Assembly (NCBI GenBank): GCA_030141605.1
Contig: JAQGDQ010000169.1
Location: 248,001-312,000, forward strand
DNA length: 64,000 nt
Reading direction: 5' to 3'
DNA from: Tubiluchus corallicola
Lineage: Eukaryota; Animalia; Priapulida
A program made the translations under genes and the position numbers. The stretch's first letter is position 1. Every line of letters starts with the position of its first letter. The notes beneath the pieces are model-generated. The model saw only the letters and a program-made list of their open reading frames with translations, searched no databases and was not told where the DNA came from. Below are positions 46,398-58,612 of this stretch, piece after piece.

Positions 46398-49300
46398 CTA
46401 TGCATGATAGATGTATGAATGCAGTTTTTCTCCTACCGGGTGGTATAACGAACTGTTGAAATGAAAAGTCCTAGCCAGAATAAGCCCCATTGCGGCTTGA
46501 TCATATCTATGGCAGCAATAATCAGTTGTAAATTTATTGTCAAAATCACAAGGTGACCTAGACGAACCAGGAGGTGCAATGCACTTCTCTACCAGTGCGC
46601 AGACCAGCCAGGGAAGAACTAGGCGCTTGTACGTTTCTGGGTCATTGTATACCAAAATGGCGCCACCTTCTGTCGCATGTGACGACAAAAAATCGTCAGG
46701 CTTCTCATTGAAGAATTGAAACATTCCAAGGTGAACGAAACACGGCTGAACAAGATGGTATTGAATCCACACCGTTAAGCCAGTTCTGTTTTTATTCATT
46801 TCTGAGTAGGTGTCAAAATTTGACGTGTTCTCTTTTACTGTAAATGATGAATCTATCCACATCACGTGACCAAAATCTCTCAGGGCTTCCTAGTAAATAA
46901 AAAAAGGCTGTTTCGTATCGTTCAAAGTTCAAAACTAGGGCCTAATATTCTAAATACCTTCTCAACAAGATTGTGTCGAAATATTAGTCTGTAGTGAGAG
47001 CTTTGATAAAAACGCCCTCTGCTGGTTGGCAAGCTGTTAAGTAGCTTTGCGTCCTGAACTGACGATAATGCGAAGCTCTGTTGCACCTTAGCAATTGCGT
47101 CACGCACTCGGTAGGTTACTTTTGTTACTCAGACAGCACAAAAGACCTGTTACTCGGATAAAAAATTATAAAAAAACAAATAAAGAAGAATTGTGACGCG
47201 TGACAATTTATACATGTAGCTATAGCTGCCAACTCTAGCCTCATTTAACGCACAATTACATGGACCAAGTGAGGGACGACAACTGTACGTAGTTATGAGC
47301 GGGTTTCACAAGAATTTCCGTTTGCATAACCAATGGCTTCGCCAATTAATTCTATTGAAGGACTGCCAACGTATATGACGTCTCTAACAAACATATCTCC
47401 AATAATCTGTCTCTTTGTCTTACCTGCAGCAACACAGCTTTAAAAGAATAATTTGTTAAGTCAGATACGTGACGCGGATAAATTTTCGTGTTAAATCTTC
47501 TGATGCTGCATGAGTTTGAGCATAGAAGTTTTATCTGAAACAGATTTTGAAAGCCTCTTATAATATCAGCAATGTACCATGACCACTGTCATGTATGACA
47601 TACGTTACCCAAGAAAAACAATGACAGAAGATGCTAAATGATAATGGTTAAACAAGTAAATTTAGCTAAGGAAGTTGAGATTTGGCGCACTGCAGGTGCA
47701 GAATTTAGCGGTCCAGAGTTGTTGCTAGTGTTGTTACTAATACTGAATGGCCGATTAGTTAAGTATCAAAAATTATCTAGGATTATCTTCTAAGATGACA
47801 CACTGAACAGGCAGTGGTATGTTAATTATGTTAAATAGCTATAGAGACAGCATTGCAGATTAGACTAGTTTCCGATAGTCATCACCCATCCATTACTAAC
47901 CAGACTTAGTCGTGTTTAACAATTGCACCAATATCACTTGCTATTCAGTCTGCCTCCAGTGAAGGTAAAATAACGTATCGTTAAAGTAAGATAAGGTAAG
48001 GCAAAGAGAAGTGTAGTAAGTTAAGTTAAGTTAAGTTAAAGTAAGGTAAGGTAAGGTAAGGTAAGGTAAGGTAAGGTAAGGTAAGGTAAGGTAAGGTAAG
48101 GTAAGGTAAGGTAAGGTAAGGTAAGGTAAGGTAAGGTAAGGTAAGGTAAGGTAAGGTAAGGTAATGTAAGGTAAGGTAAGGCAAGGCAATGTTAAGGTAA
48201 AGTAAAGCAATGTTAAGGTAAAGTAAAGCATACTAAGGCAAGATAAAGTAAGGTAAGGTAACATAATGTAGGGTAAGGCATGTAATGTAAGGCAAAGAAA
48301 TGTAAGACTAGATAAGATGAAACAAAATAAGGTAGGGAAAGTAAAATAAAGTGAGTGAGTTGTGGTGAAGAAAGGTAAGGCACAGTTTCTAAAAAGTATT
48401 GCAAGAAGAAATTTTGCAAGAAGTAAACCGAAGTGGTGTAAAACCAGTCAGGGCAAGTTAAGGCACAATGAAACAATGCAAGGCTAGGCAAGAAGGGCAA
48501 GGCAAGCCAGGGCATGGCAGGGAACGGCAAGGCAAGGTAAGACAAAGTACGGCAATGTGAAACAAGATTAATAAGAACAAAAAGACCAAAGCAGGGCAAG
48601 ATTATTCACAAATATGAGATAAGAAATAAGGTAGCGTAGCTGTCTTGTAGTTGTATAAAGATTCAAAGTAATAAGTAACTGAATAGAATTACCCAAACTT
48701 TCTGCCATATAAATAAGCCCAAGTCATAAACAACCAATTGATGAGACTGATGCCATTCGCGGTTAAATAAATGAATAAGTCTCTTTCCCTCTGTGAAGTG
48801 GCTATAATCAAATGCAGTAAGTAGAACTGGTCTCATTTGTATGCAATCTGGAATAAAGGCGCCTTACAAAAATAACTGTATTTTGTATTACAAATTTTGT
48901 ATGCGAGATGTAGGCCTAATTTATATTACATACCTCATACAAAAGATATGAGTGTTGGAATCCTTAGATAGTTCATTGAAGATCACTTGCTGGTCACTCT
49001 TAAATTTTCAAATTGGTGCTCTAGATAGGGGCGTCCTTAAATTTACGCCCGAATCAATTTAAAATCACATTTTGAATTTTTGCAAAAATGTTCTTTACAC
49101 CCTACTGAATCAAGATCAGTTGTTCTTAAATAAAATATTTTAGCCATTGCTCGCACTTATTAGTAATCTCAGCTGCAGCCAGTTGCATATCAATTGTTCA
49201 CTTCTTTGATAAGTACTTGTTGCTAATTTTGTTTTCTGTAGGCGTATCCCTAAAATAAATTTAAGTCACTTTTTGAGTACACAATAGAAACTTTGTGGAC

Positions 49301-50517
49301 ATATTCTTCGCACCTACAAAATAAAAATCAGTGATTCTTAATTAATGAATTTCGCCAAGGAGATAACTTATTAGTAACTCTTAAGTTTTCAAATTCATAC
49401 GTTATGTAGGAGGCACCCTAAAAGTGATACCACCAAAATTAATTTATAACATTTTGAGTACAGCAATGGAACTTTGTCAAAAAGTTTTTTGGATTTTACT
49501 AAAAAAAGACCAGTATTTGTTAAATAATCAATTTGGCACAAAACCTGTTTAAAAACGACCTAAAATGGGAGTTATTTTTGGTATATTTGAAGCATATCTG
49601 ACGTACATCAACGAAATTAGATACATTGTTGGTATGGATGGATCGATACTTCAAGTGCGCTAAATAGCTGTCACCATTCTGGCTTCCCATTTGAGTCATT
49701 CATAAACAGGCAGGTTTCATTACAGAACTACTAATCTTTTTTCAACAACTAAAGAACATTTTCACAAAGTTTTACTACTGTGTTCAAAATGCCATTTAAG
49801 TTGATTTTTTTTCGGTACCACTTTTAGGTATCTACCTAGATCATCAATTTGGAAACGTAAAAGTGACCAATAAGTGATCTGAACAAATTCATTGTTTGAG
49901 AACTGCCGATCTTTATTCAGTAATATCTAAAGAAAGCTAAAGAACATTTTTGCAATGTTTCATTGTTGTATTCAAAAAGTGATTTAAACAGATTTTGGAC
50001 GTACCACTTTCAGGGGGCGCCCCTTGCATAACGCACCAATTTGAAAACTAAGACAGACCAACAAGTGATCTCAAATATATCAATGGATTACAGTATATAA
50101 ACCTTTTATACGTGAGATATAATAGTAATAATAATATAAATGTGTGCCGACTTCTGCACTAAATGTGTGAGCTTGTGTGTCATAATGTAGCATGAGTTTG
50201 TGCACCATCTTGTGAAAATATTTGCTACTGTAAACACTGATTAATACAACTTGTAGTAGAAGGTACTTCACGTATTTTAAAAAGATACTGCATATAAAGT
50301 TGTAACGAATCAATAAAAAATTACAAAGCGAAATTACTACTACTGCTGCTGCTGCTGCTAATAGTAATACCTCCATGACATAACATCTTATACGGTATGA
50401 CGTGTTCCTCCACTTCACTCCATTCCCTGTGTAGTACGTTTTGAATTTTCTTGCTGTCTTCTGGTAATATATTAGACAACAGTCTTGGCTTAATAGTGGC
50501 GTCGACTCGCTCGACAT
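46398..50517 (-). CDS. DUF1647-like (putative glycosyltransferase-fold) membrane-anchored protein, 4 exons, about 390 aa
   Basis: Well supported exons 48847-48693 (PVLLTAFDYSHF..VVYDLGL), 47534-47424 (RRFNTKIYPRHVSDLTNYSFKAVLLQ) and 46889-46398 (EALRDFGHVMWIDSS..PWLVCALVEKCIAPPGS..CHRYDQAAMG). First exon 50517-50103 (MSSESTPLL.., hydrophobic anchor, phase-1 donor AAG|GTTTAT) is frame-compatible but less certain. Confidence 0.7.
47985..48600. repeat. (GTAAG)n pentanucleotide microsatellite with degenerate flanks
   Basis: Pure array ~48041-48162, decaying to GCAAG-type units up to ~48600; lies in intron 2 of the DUF1647-like gene. Confidence 0.92.
48975..50075. mobile_element. Foldback-like element: ~190-bp units in inverted arrangement around a spacer
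   Basis: GATCACTTGCTGGTCACTCTTAAATTTTCAAATTGGTGC (48981-49019) is the near reverse complement of GCACCAATTTGAAAACTAAGACAGACCAACAAGTGATC (50033-50070). Related unit copies lie at ~49360 (forward) and ~49845 (reverse). Confidence 0.6.
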
Positions 50518-53500
50518 GGTTTTCAGAAGTTTGAATTCTGCAAAATCAGCTAAAAATGTCAAAAATGTAGGTAAGATGGTACACACGATGAGAACGAAGA
50601 GTATGGGGAGAGTCGAAAATCTAATTGATTAAATTTTTCACACGTGCAAAGTGAAAGTTAGATTCATAAAGTACTAAACGCAGAAGTATTAAAAGAGCTA
50701 ATTTATAAAGAAGTTCTGTTCGTTCAAAAAAGTTTTTCTTTTTTCCACAGTTCAGACATCGTAATTGTTGAACTGTACGTTGTGTAGCATCATAGCATTA
50801 GTTCTATTGTCACCGTGAGTCACTTGCTGATTTTGCCATGAACTCTAAATTATCAGCTGAAGGTCACTTAGAAGAAAAAGTTCATTTAGGTGTTCGAAAT
50901 GGGCACATTTTACAGCTGTTTTCTGCTATATTATGAACATTTAACAAAATCCTAGAACCCGCGTTGTTGCGATTAGCATAGCACAACGCTAAAAACATTT
51001 AAATTGGCTGAGTTTGTCTTTGCTTGATGATATTGCATAACGCAAGGTCTTATATTACACTACGGGGAAAGCGGGCGTATCATTAAACAATGATGGGCAA
51101 GTAACATTAGTAACGGACAGCCCAATAGTCAGGTAGCTCCTCGTACTAACCGATGCCTTGTGTTATAGAGCCTTTAACCGAGGTCATCGTTCTTCAAGTC
51201 ATTGTCTGAGCCCCTATCCCAGGAGTTTACTCTGCAGAACGTATGACTACATGTTCCGTGTTTCCAAATTAAGATGAATTGTAAGCGGATGTTTGCGAAA
51301 ACTCAATACTTAACTGATGCGAATTGCACGCTAAAATTTATAATCTATAATCGTTTATAGCAATCGACAAAAACGTTAAGATATATTGTACGCACACAAC
51401 TTTCTACGGCGCTTTGATTCCGCTAAACTAGCAAATTTTGAATATTAAAAGTTCGCTGAACGCCATCCGCTTCGCAGTTCCCTACTGTACTACTTACAAT
51501 GTTAGATGAACACCCAGTAGGGCTTCTTCCCCAACATTTCGAAATATATAATAATAATTGTGCCTGTTTTGTATAAACCTTACGTAAAATTACGCTACTG
51601 TTAATTAAGAGACAGTCATTTAAATTGCAAAGCAAAAAAAAAAACCAAATTGTTTTATTAAGAACCTTGAGTAAGCAACCCTCTGCATAATGTACAGTCT
51701 GGTGTACCATATTTCTTGTTTACTATAATCTTGTGTACCCTCTATACAGTATGACGCACTGTTTTGCTAAAATTAAATCTTTTATAAACCTAGCTGCTAA
51801 ATTGATCGGATTAACTTGTATAGAACGATTAACAATTCATCAGTTAGGCTGCTTCATACTATGTCTATTTTAAATCAGTATTCAACTTTAACTACACTTG
51901 GCAAAAATTCCACCCTGTTCATAAGAAATGGATTTTACGAACAATCGTCACAGTAGTTGTGATATTCTCTCCTATGTCTTTTAGGGGATTGCATCGCAAC
52001 GAGTTTCATATGCCTGGCTTTACTAATAAGGAAATAATATCAATGTTACTAGCCCTTGTAACTAACTAAATATATATATATATATTATTTACCTTTTGTT
52101 CTTGTTATATAATATAATTTTATTACACTAATTATGCTTGTAAATTGATATTTGCGAATAAATATAGTAAATATACTGCAGAAATGTTCGTATGGCGTAT
52201 ATATATATATATATATTCTGAGACTATTCTCAGAGATGTCAAGCTTGAATTTTAAAAGCCGCACAGTTTTTTATGATTTTTATATTTACTTGTCATTTAT
52301 ATGGTAGGAAAACATATCAACTCTACAATAACAACAAGGTTATGAGGAATCGGAACTATTGTCTACATACAGCAATACTTACTCGTTTGACGAATAATAA
52401 AATTCAGCTAAAAATATCCATCGCAGAAGTAACACAATTGCCAAGAACTGACTAAAAACAGCAAAGCGTAGACACGATGATCTACTTTTCATTACACACC
52501 ATTGTAACGAAGCAGAAATGAATATGATGAAAACAAGTCAGGCTATTAATAAGTGATGAGCACAATGCTATAGTAACAGGTCTGCGCCACCAATTGAAAT
52601 TCCAATCACAGCACTGGTAGGAAGTAGATAGTGGGGACATCTATAAACCTACTAATGCAATCAAACACACTTATCAAAACAAATTTAATCTAAATCAGAT
52701 AAAAAAGTTTTCTTCGCTGCCACTAAGAGGCCTATGCAATGTTATTTCGCAGAGGCATTTAAAACTTTCTAGGTTCTCGGATCAAACGACTCTAGTAACA
52801 CAAAAAAACTTTGCAAGTTTACTTGTATCATAACACAGCCTTATCGACATCACCCGACTGTACACGTTTATGCCCACCAAATGAACTTTGGTCGTATTTA
52901 CTTTGCCCTGCGTGACTAGCTTAGTATGGCAGTTAGCTTAGAATTATATTTCAATTATGCTACATAGAGCCTACACATGGGCTCCTAAAACTGATAATTA
53001 ATTTACTCAATCAATGAAAAATATATTTCATTAAAAAATTTTATTTACAAATTTACATACATATACGGAAGTTACTACTATATAATTACTTAGCAAACCC
53101 AAGCACTGTTCGCATTTGATTTACCATCATGTAGGAACAAAACCTTTTCTAATAAATAGCAAATACATCAACATGGTGCATTAGCACAATAACTTTTAAA
53201 ATCTGTAGTCACTTCTATCGTGAAGGTTTTGATTAGTGCTCCTGCGAGACGTCTTGCCACTAATAAAAGGTCATTATACATTTACGAACCTGAAAGGTTT
53301 TTTATGAATAAAACACACTTATATTGTCCTACGAGATACAGATCGCATCTAAAAGTTGGTTTTGTAATTTGAGTTCTCTCAGCTTTTAGTAATAAAATGG
53401 ATATAAAGTAATTTCACCTGTTCATGTTGGTTATTATAAGTTCTTAGGCTGTGAGTTTAGAATTTTTCAAATTTCAGCAGATCATAATTAACGTTATTAT

Positions 53501-53849
53501 TATTGTTTGGCATAATAATATATTATATGATACCCTTGCGTTGCATTGTATCTACAGTCTAAGTTATTGAAATAAATAAACCTTTACCACTGGAGTTATC
53601 TTGACGAGTTTGTTACTGCCATGTTTGCGCATGCACGATACTCTCATAGTCGGGCTAGTCACTAGTAGTCAGCCTATTTGTTAATATTTTAAATGCTTTG
53701 TTTTTTTACGTGGCGTGAAAACAAACACGTTAATAAATGCATTAATCTTGGCGTATACATGCACTATTGTTTAAGACAGGACTTGATAATTATTAAGAAA
53801 GGCACTTTCTCTATAAAGATTGCCAATTCCGCTAACAGATGGAGCCACG

Positions 53850-54910
53850 CTATCGCAACTTTGATGTGTATGTCACGTGTAATATACCGTCTTCTGCTTG
53901 AAATTCTCTGTGAAGTTGAATCATGTGTATACTGAAAGAAAAAAGTTGAAAAGGTTACTATACTAGAAGTTATCAATAATACATTGTTAACGAGCACCGA
54001 CGAAAATATAATTATTGAATTAAATGTAAACAAAGCTGCTGTTGCCTCACTTAAAGAAACATTTTACAACTAATAAGCTGCAGTAAGCCAGAAGATAGCA
54101 AATCTGGAACAATAATTAGGAATTTCTTAAATATTAATACTTACTAAATAATTTTTGTTTAGAAATAAACAATCAAATACTGCATAATCGGTGTGATCGA
54201 GAGAAATACTCATACCCATGGCCAGGTTTGAATTTGCCAATTTTCAAGCACAAATTCTCTGCTGGATGTACTGATATTCTTCTTCGTATAATATAGTAGA
54301 AATCTTCGATAGTAATTTCAGCGGGTACTAGAAATTTCTTTTTGGCCAAGTCATTTAAATTGCAACGCGGGCACTTTTCGACAATTACCTAAAACAAAAC
54401 TTACAGCTTTTAAAGCCGATTAGATAAAGAAGGAATATATTATTAGTATGCTGAGGTACAACACATGTAGCCGTCATTTTTCAAATTTGTTTCGATATAC
54501 ACAGAAGTGCAACAACGCCGTAGACTAAACTTCATTTGTTGCCTGGAGATGGAGACACTTGCATGAATAAGTGTAAGAATTTTACTATCAAGATATTGAG
54601 TTAAAAGCAACACACATGCTAATAAAATTAAGACCGTTCTGCAAGTAACTGCAGAACTGACGGTTTTATGGACGTTTTGAAACCTCTCGCATCAAAGACA
54701 ATATCCTGAACACGAAATTTTACTGCTATTGTCCATGAATAGGCCTAAGTCATAGGCAAAAAATTGTTCAAATTAATTTCATATAATTGATGAAAGTTTA
54801 ATGCAAGTTTTGCGCTATACATGTATTTGAATTTCAGTACTCACTACCTACCGGAACACGTTCTGGAAATTTCTTCTGTAAAAACGTTATTTCCTTATTA
54901 AGTTTGGAAT
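53850..54910 (-). CDS. Divergent ATG8/GABARAP-family ubiquitin-like protein, 5'-partial, ending before the conjugation Gly
   Basis: Exons 54910-54852 (xSKLNKEITFLQKKFPERVP), 54388-54216 (VIVEKCPRCNLNDLAKKKFLVPAEITIEDFYYIIRRRISVHPAENLCLKIGKFKPGH) and 53931-53850 (GIHMIQLHREFQAEDGILHVTYTSKLR*), with GT-AG sites and compatible phases. Colinear with GABARAP (KKYPDRVP|VIVEKAP..DLDKKKYLVP..QFYFLIRKRI..EDFFLYIAYS). The start-codon exon was not identified. Confidence 0.8.
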
Positions 54911-55047
54911 CTGAAAAAAATAAATTGCGCAACATTTTGATAACGTGTGACGTTTACACCAGCAACAAGAATCACGAATGCGGCCGACATAAATAGCTAT
55001 AAAACTCGGCGGTACGCGTTTATGTGTAGCAAAAAGAACAGTAATTA

Positions 55048-55080
<33 letters not shown>

Positions 55081-55088
55081 AACGACGA
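55048..55088. repeat. (GAC)n microsatellite
   Basis: Directly visible. Confidence 0.9.
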
Positions 55089-58000
55089 TCACAAGGAAAA
55101 CAATGCCGATGCTAATGGTAATACTGACAAAACTTAATGAATTCATATTCAAATCCGCGAGCACGATCATGTATTTCGGATGATTATGCCTGGTTGGCCT
55201 GTTCAATGTGATTAATTAACTCAAATGTGATTCGGTGTCTCGAGCTCAAAAGTTCGACGCCTAACATAGGATGCCTTAATATTGGGTTCTTTATTACAAA
55301 CCGTGCAGCTCGTGGTGTAATAACTGTAATTAGTAAATAAACTAATAAATGTAGTTCAGTTCCTTGCAAGCAGGAAGCCCAGGTTCAGTCCTTGGATAAA
55401 CAGCCTGATGACAAGTTTTAAATGCTAGTCATATCTTTTGCCGTTTTAGAGGTACAATCAAGACGGCAATGGGATCTTACTGGCTTTATTTAAGTTTATC
55501 CAAGGACAAATGAATAGTTGGAAGGACGATTGCTGGCAATAATAACAATAATAATAATATTGACTGAAGATCTAGGTGCATGTTATTCTCGCTATCTATT
55601 AACTAGGCCTATCGTATTTACATGTTATTACCATATTATACGACCTTATTAATGGCATTTATGGGTTGCCACAGTTACAACAACCGGCCACTGGGCCAGG
55701 CTACAAATTACATGTATTAGTCTTATATAAATCGTTTAGTTGAAATGTAGTATGGACTGAAAATAAAACACCGGACTAAAATCGCCGTGTGAAATAGATT
55801 ATTTGTCGCGAGACCTACCCAAGAAAAATTGTTAGCTCATTTTTCAGAAAAATTATAGACAATTTAATGTGCACAGCTGCCCCTTTTAAGCTTGCATTTA
55901 TCCCATGTCCCATCTTCCACCTATGTAATGTTTTCTATTGCCGAAACATTTCACAATTTCTGAATTATAATCTAGTTTTATTAGTAAATTTGGCTCAGCA
56001 CCAAAATACGACACAAAAAAGTCACCTTTGTTTTCCGAAACATTGTCTTTGCCTGATAAAATCGAACTTCCGTAGAACATCGGTAGGAATCGTTTGAGCG
56101 GTTCAGATATCACACACGTTATTCCCATTATGATCTCTTATTATGTATCACGTCTCATAGCATTTTCAAAAATCAGACAACACAACAAAAAGGTCAAAAA
56201 TAGTCAAATATGACAAATGAGAAATGCTTGTGTTTGAAATTAAAATTGTTTTTATCACTTTTTAATCACTGTAAGAGAGTTTCACACTTATCGATTGGAC
56301 TAATTAATCCAAACGGTTGCTGGTCTAAAAATCAAAGCATTGACTTCAAACGAGCTTTAGCAATATTTACATTACGTATACTCATACGATGATTACGTTT
56401 GTTTTGCAGCGTTGCAGCGAAATGTTAGTTGTTCATTTGATTGACTTCGACCTACTTATGATCTACTTCACATCCAATATCTGAACTATCGACAACGTCG
56501 CAGACGATTGATATTTGCAAATACTGCTGATCAGGCAGGGCCTATCATGAAACATAGTTCACGATTGTCGTGACATCATGATTGTGTGATCGTGCGCAAA
56601 GAATTGACCAAGGATCGGTGTTTGATAGTGTTGCCCTGTACACAAATTGTTACACTAATTAATATTGCATTACGCAAATTACATTATTACGCAAATAGCC
56701 TATCTACTGATATCTACTGTATTAAAAATTATAGTCAGTTGCTCCAGAATATCAAAGAGTCAGTTGTTACGAGCAAGAACAAGCTAGAATGTCACTCTTG
56801 AATACTTCATTTAGAATGGTGACAAAAGAGAAGCCATGGATAGGCAACCGCGTATTCTGATTAAGACTAAATACAGCAAGTAAATAAATGAACTTATTCT
56901 TACTCTTGTGATATTAACATTCTAATTGAATAAGCAACAATACAAAGAGAAAATAATATAAACAGCTCAGGGTAACAAGTTACGATAGTGAAACCTAGCT
57001 GTACTTCATAATTATTACAAAACGATCAATCCAAATATATTAGTTAGTCTTGTGTTTCGTGAGTAACATGGCCTTTCTTCCAGCTGTTTTGCGTGTAGAC
57101 GTATACACACTCGCCTTCTTTGCACCTTTATGCCATTCTCAACGCACGTAAGCACTCTATAGAGATATCAACCTAACTATTAAGCAAAATTAATAATAAT
57201 AACAGGCACACCTGCTGGTTAGAGATAACAAGTAATAATAGTTAGAGACAGCTACGCCAACTCTTTACTATAAGTGCTACATAAGATTACTGTTTTAGTT
57301 GTACCGGATAATTGTGTAAACATTAGTTCAGAATAACGAATGCTCTAAAATATTGAAAACTACAATAGCTTTTTTAAATCAAAGCTTCGATTAAATAATA
57401 ATTATCTCGGATACTCAAATTTCGTTAAACTCTCAAAGCTACGCGCGGCACAGTGAATCTACTAGGATTGGCGCCTTTTTGTCACATTCGCGTGGCCAAC
57501 AAATAGAAGGCTGTAACATGATTAGCATGATCATGAACATGTTAGTTTCTCACGTCATGTGATATATAGCCCATTTTTCGTGACATCATGCTTTAAACAG
57601 TAACACTTACACAAACGTGTTTGACGCACAAGGGAAGACGCCTGCCATTGCACAAACTGTGCTTAGTTTCTGACGTAAGCAATCGCTGTGCTCGGTTGCC
57701 GTTAATTAACTTTCTAACCTAATTATTCAATATATGGAAAAATTGCTAACTTTTATAGGCAAGAAAATGTATATTTTGGACAGTAAATCAAAATGAGATT
57801 GAGTCTAAACAATCGCCCGGTCTTCCTCTAAGCTTCTCGGATACTCTAACTCTCTCAAAAGTAACCAAAAATGAATTTATGCACAACACGAAAAAACCAA
57901 CTACTGCATATAACGATTAGAATAATATTTTTTCATCACCAATAATTCTATGGGCAATTTAATCGAAATACGATAAAATTAAAAAGTGATTCAAGAATGT

Positions 58001-58409
58001 GGGTTAAAACTGCAATTCGAAAGTTACCCGAATATTGCAATAATATGCAGTAAAGACACGAATCATTCAAGACGCACACAATTTTAAAAGTCATTTAACC
58101 GCAAATTCGGCACCACACATTATACTTTGCAATGTCATGTGAGCTATGATAATATCAGGTACGGATTGTCAAGGAAAGACAAAGATCATAAAAAGCGAAG
58201 GAAAATGAAGCAGATTTAAAAGGAAAATAGTTTGCGAAAGAGTTTTCTTTTTTGATTAATTACTTATCATTCATTTCTTATTGCAAATAAAACAAAGTTC
58301 AAGCGATTAGCATACGACAATGAAATTTTAATAAACTATTACGATTAATGCACCCATTAGACAAATCTGGCAAAATGATTTTACCTATAAACCCATATCT
58401 ATCATATCT

Positions 58410-58612
58410 CACACTACATCACACCGCACCACACTACACCATGCTTCACCACACGATACCATACCACATCACACCACACATACCACACCACGCCGTACTG
58501 CACCACACCACAGCACAGTCTGCACCACGCACTGACATGACACCCACCTCATTATTTCACAGCACACCACGCTCATCTGGTTACACCACATCACAAAAAT
58601 AATCCACACCAC
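58410..58612. repeat. Degenerate (CACCA)n pentanucleotide repeat
   Basis: Directly visible; explains the His-rich ORF 58348..58602. Confidence 0.75.

Noticed and set aside
15266-54910. Functional autophagy cluster (Atg1-family ULK3 plus ATG8-like gene)
   Set aside because: About 29 kb apart on opposite strands with unrelated genes between; co-location is probably chance without synteny evidence.
57611-57648. Candidate first exon of the ATG8-like gene (MAGVFPCASNTF, GTAAGT donor); also a 45-nt candidate at 55756-55712
   Set aside because: The first ends in phase 2 whereas exon 54910 needs phase 1; the second has a weak donor and no start codon. Left unassigned.
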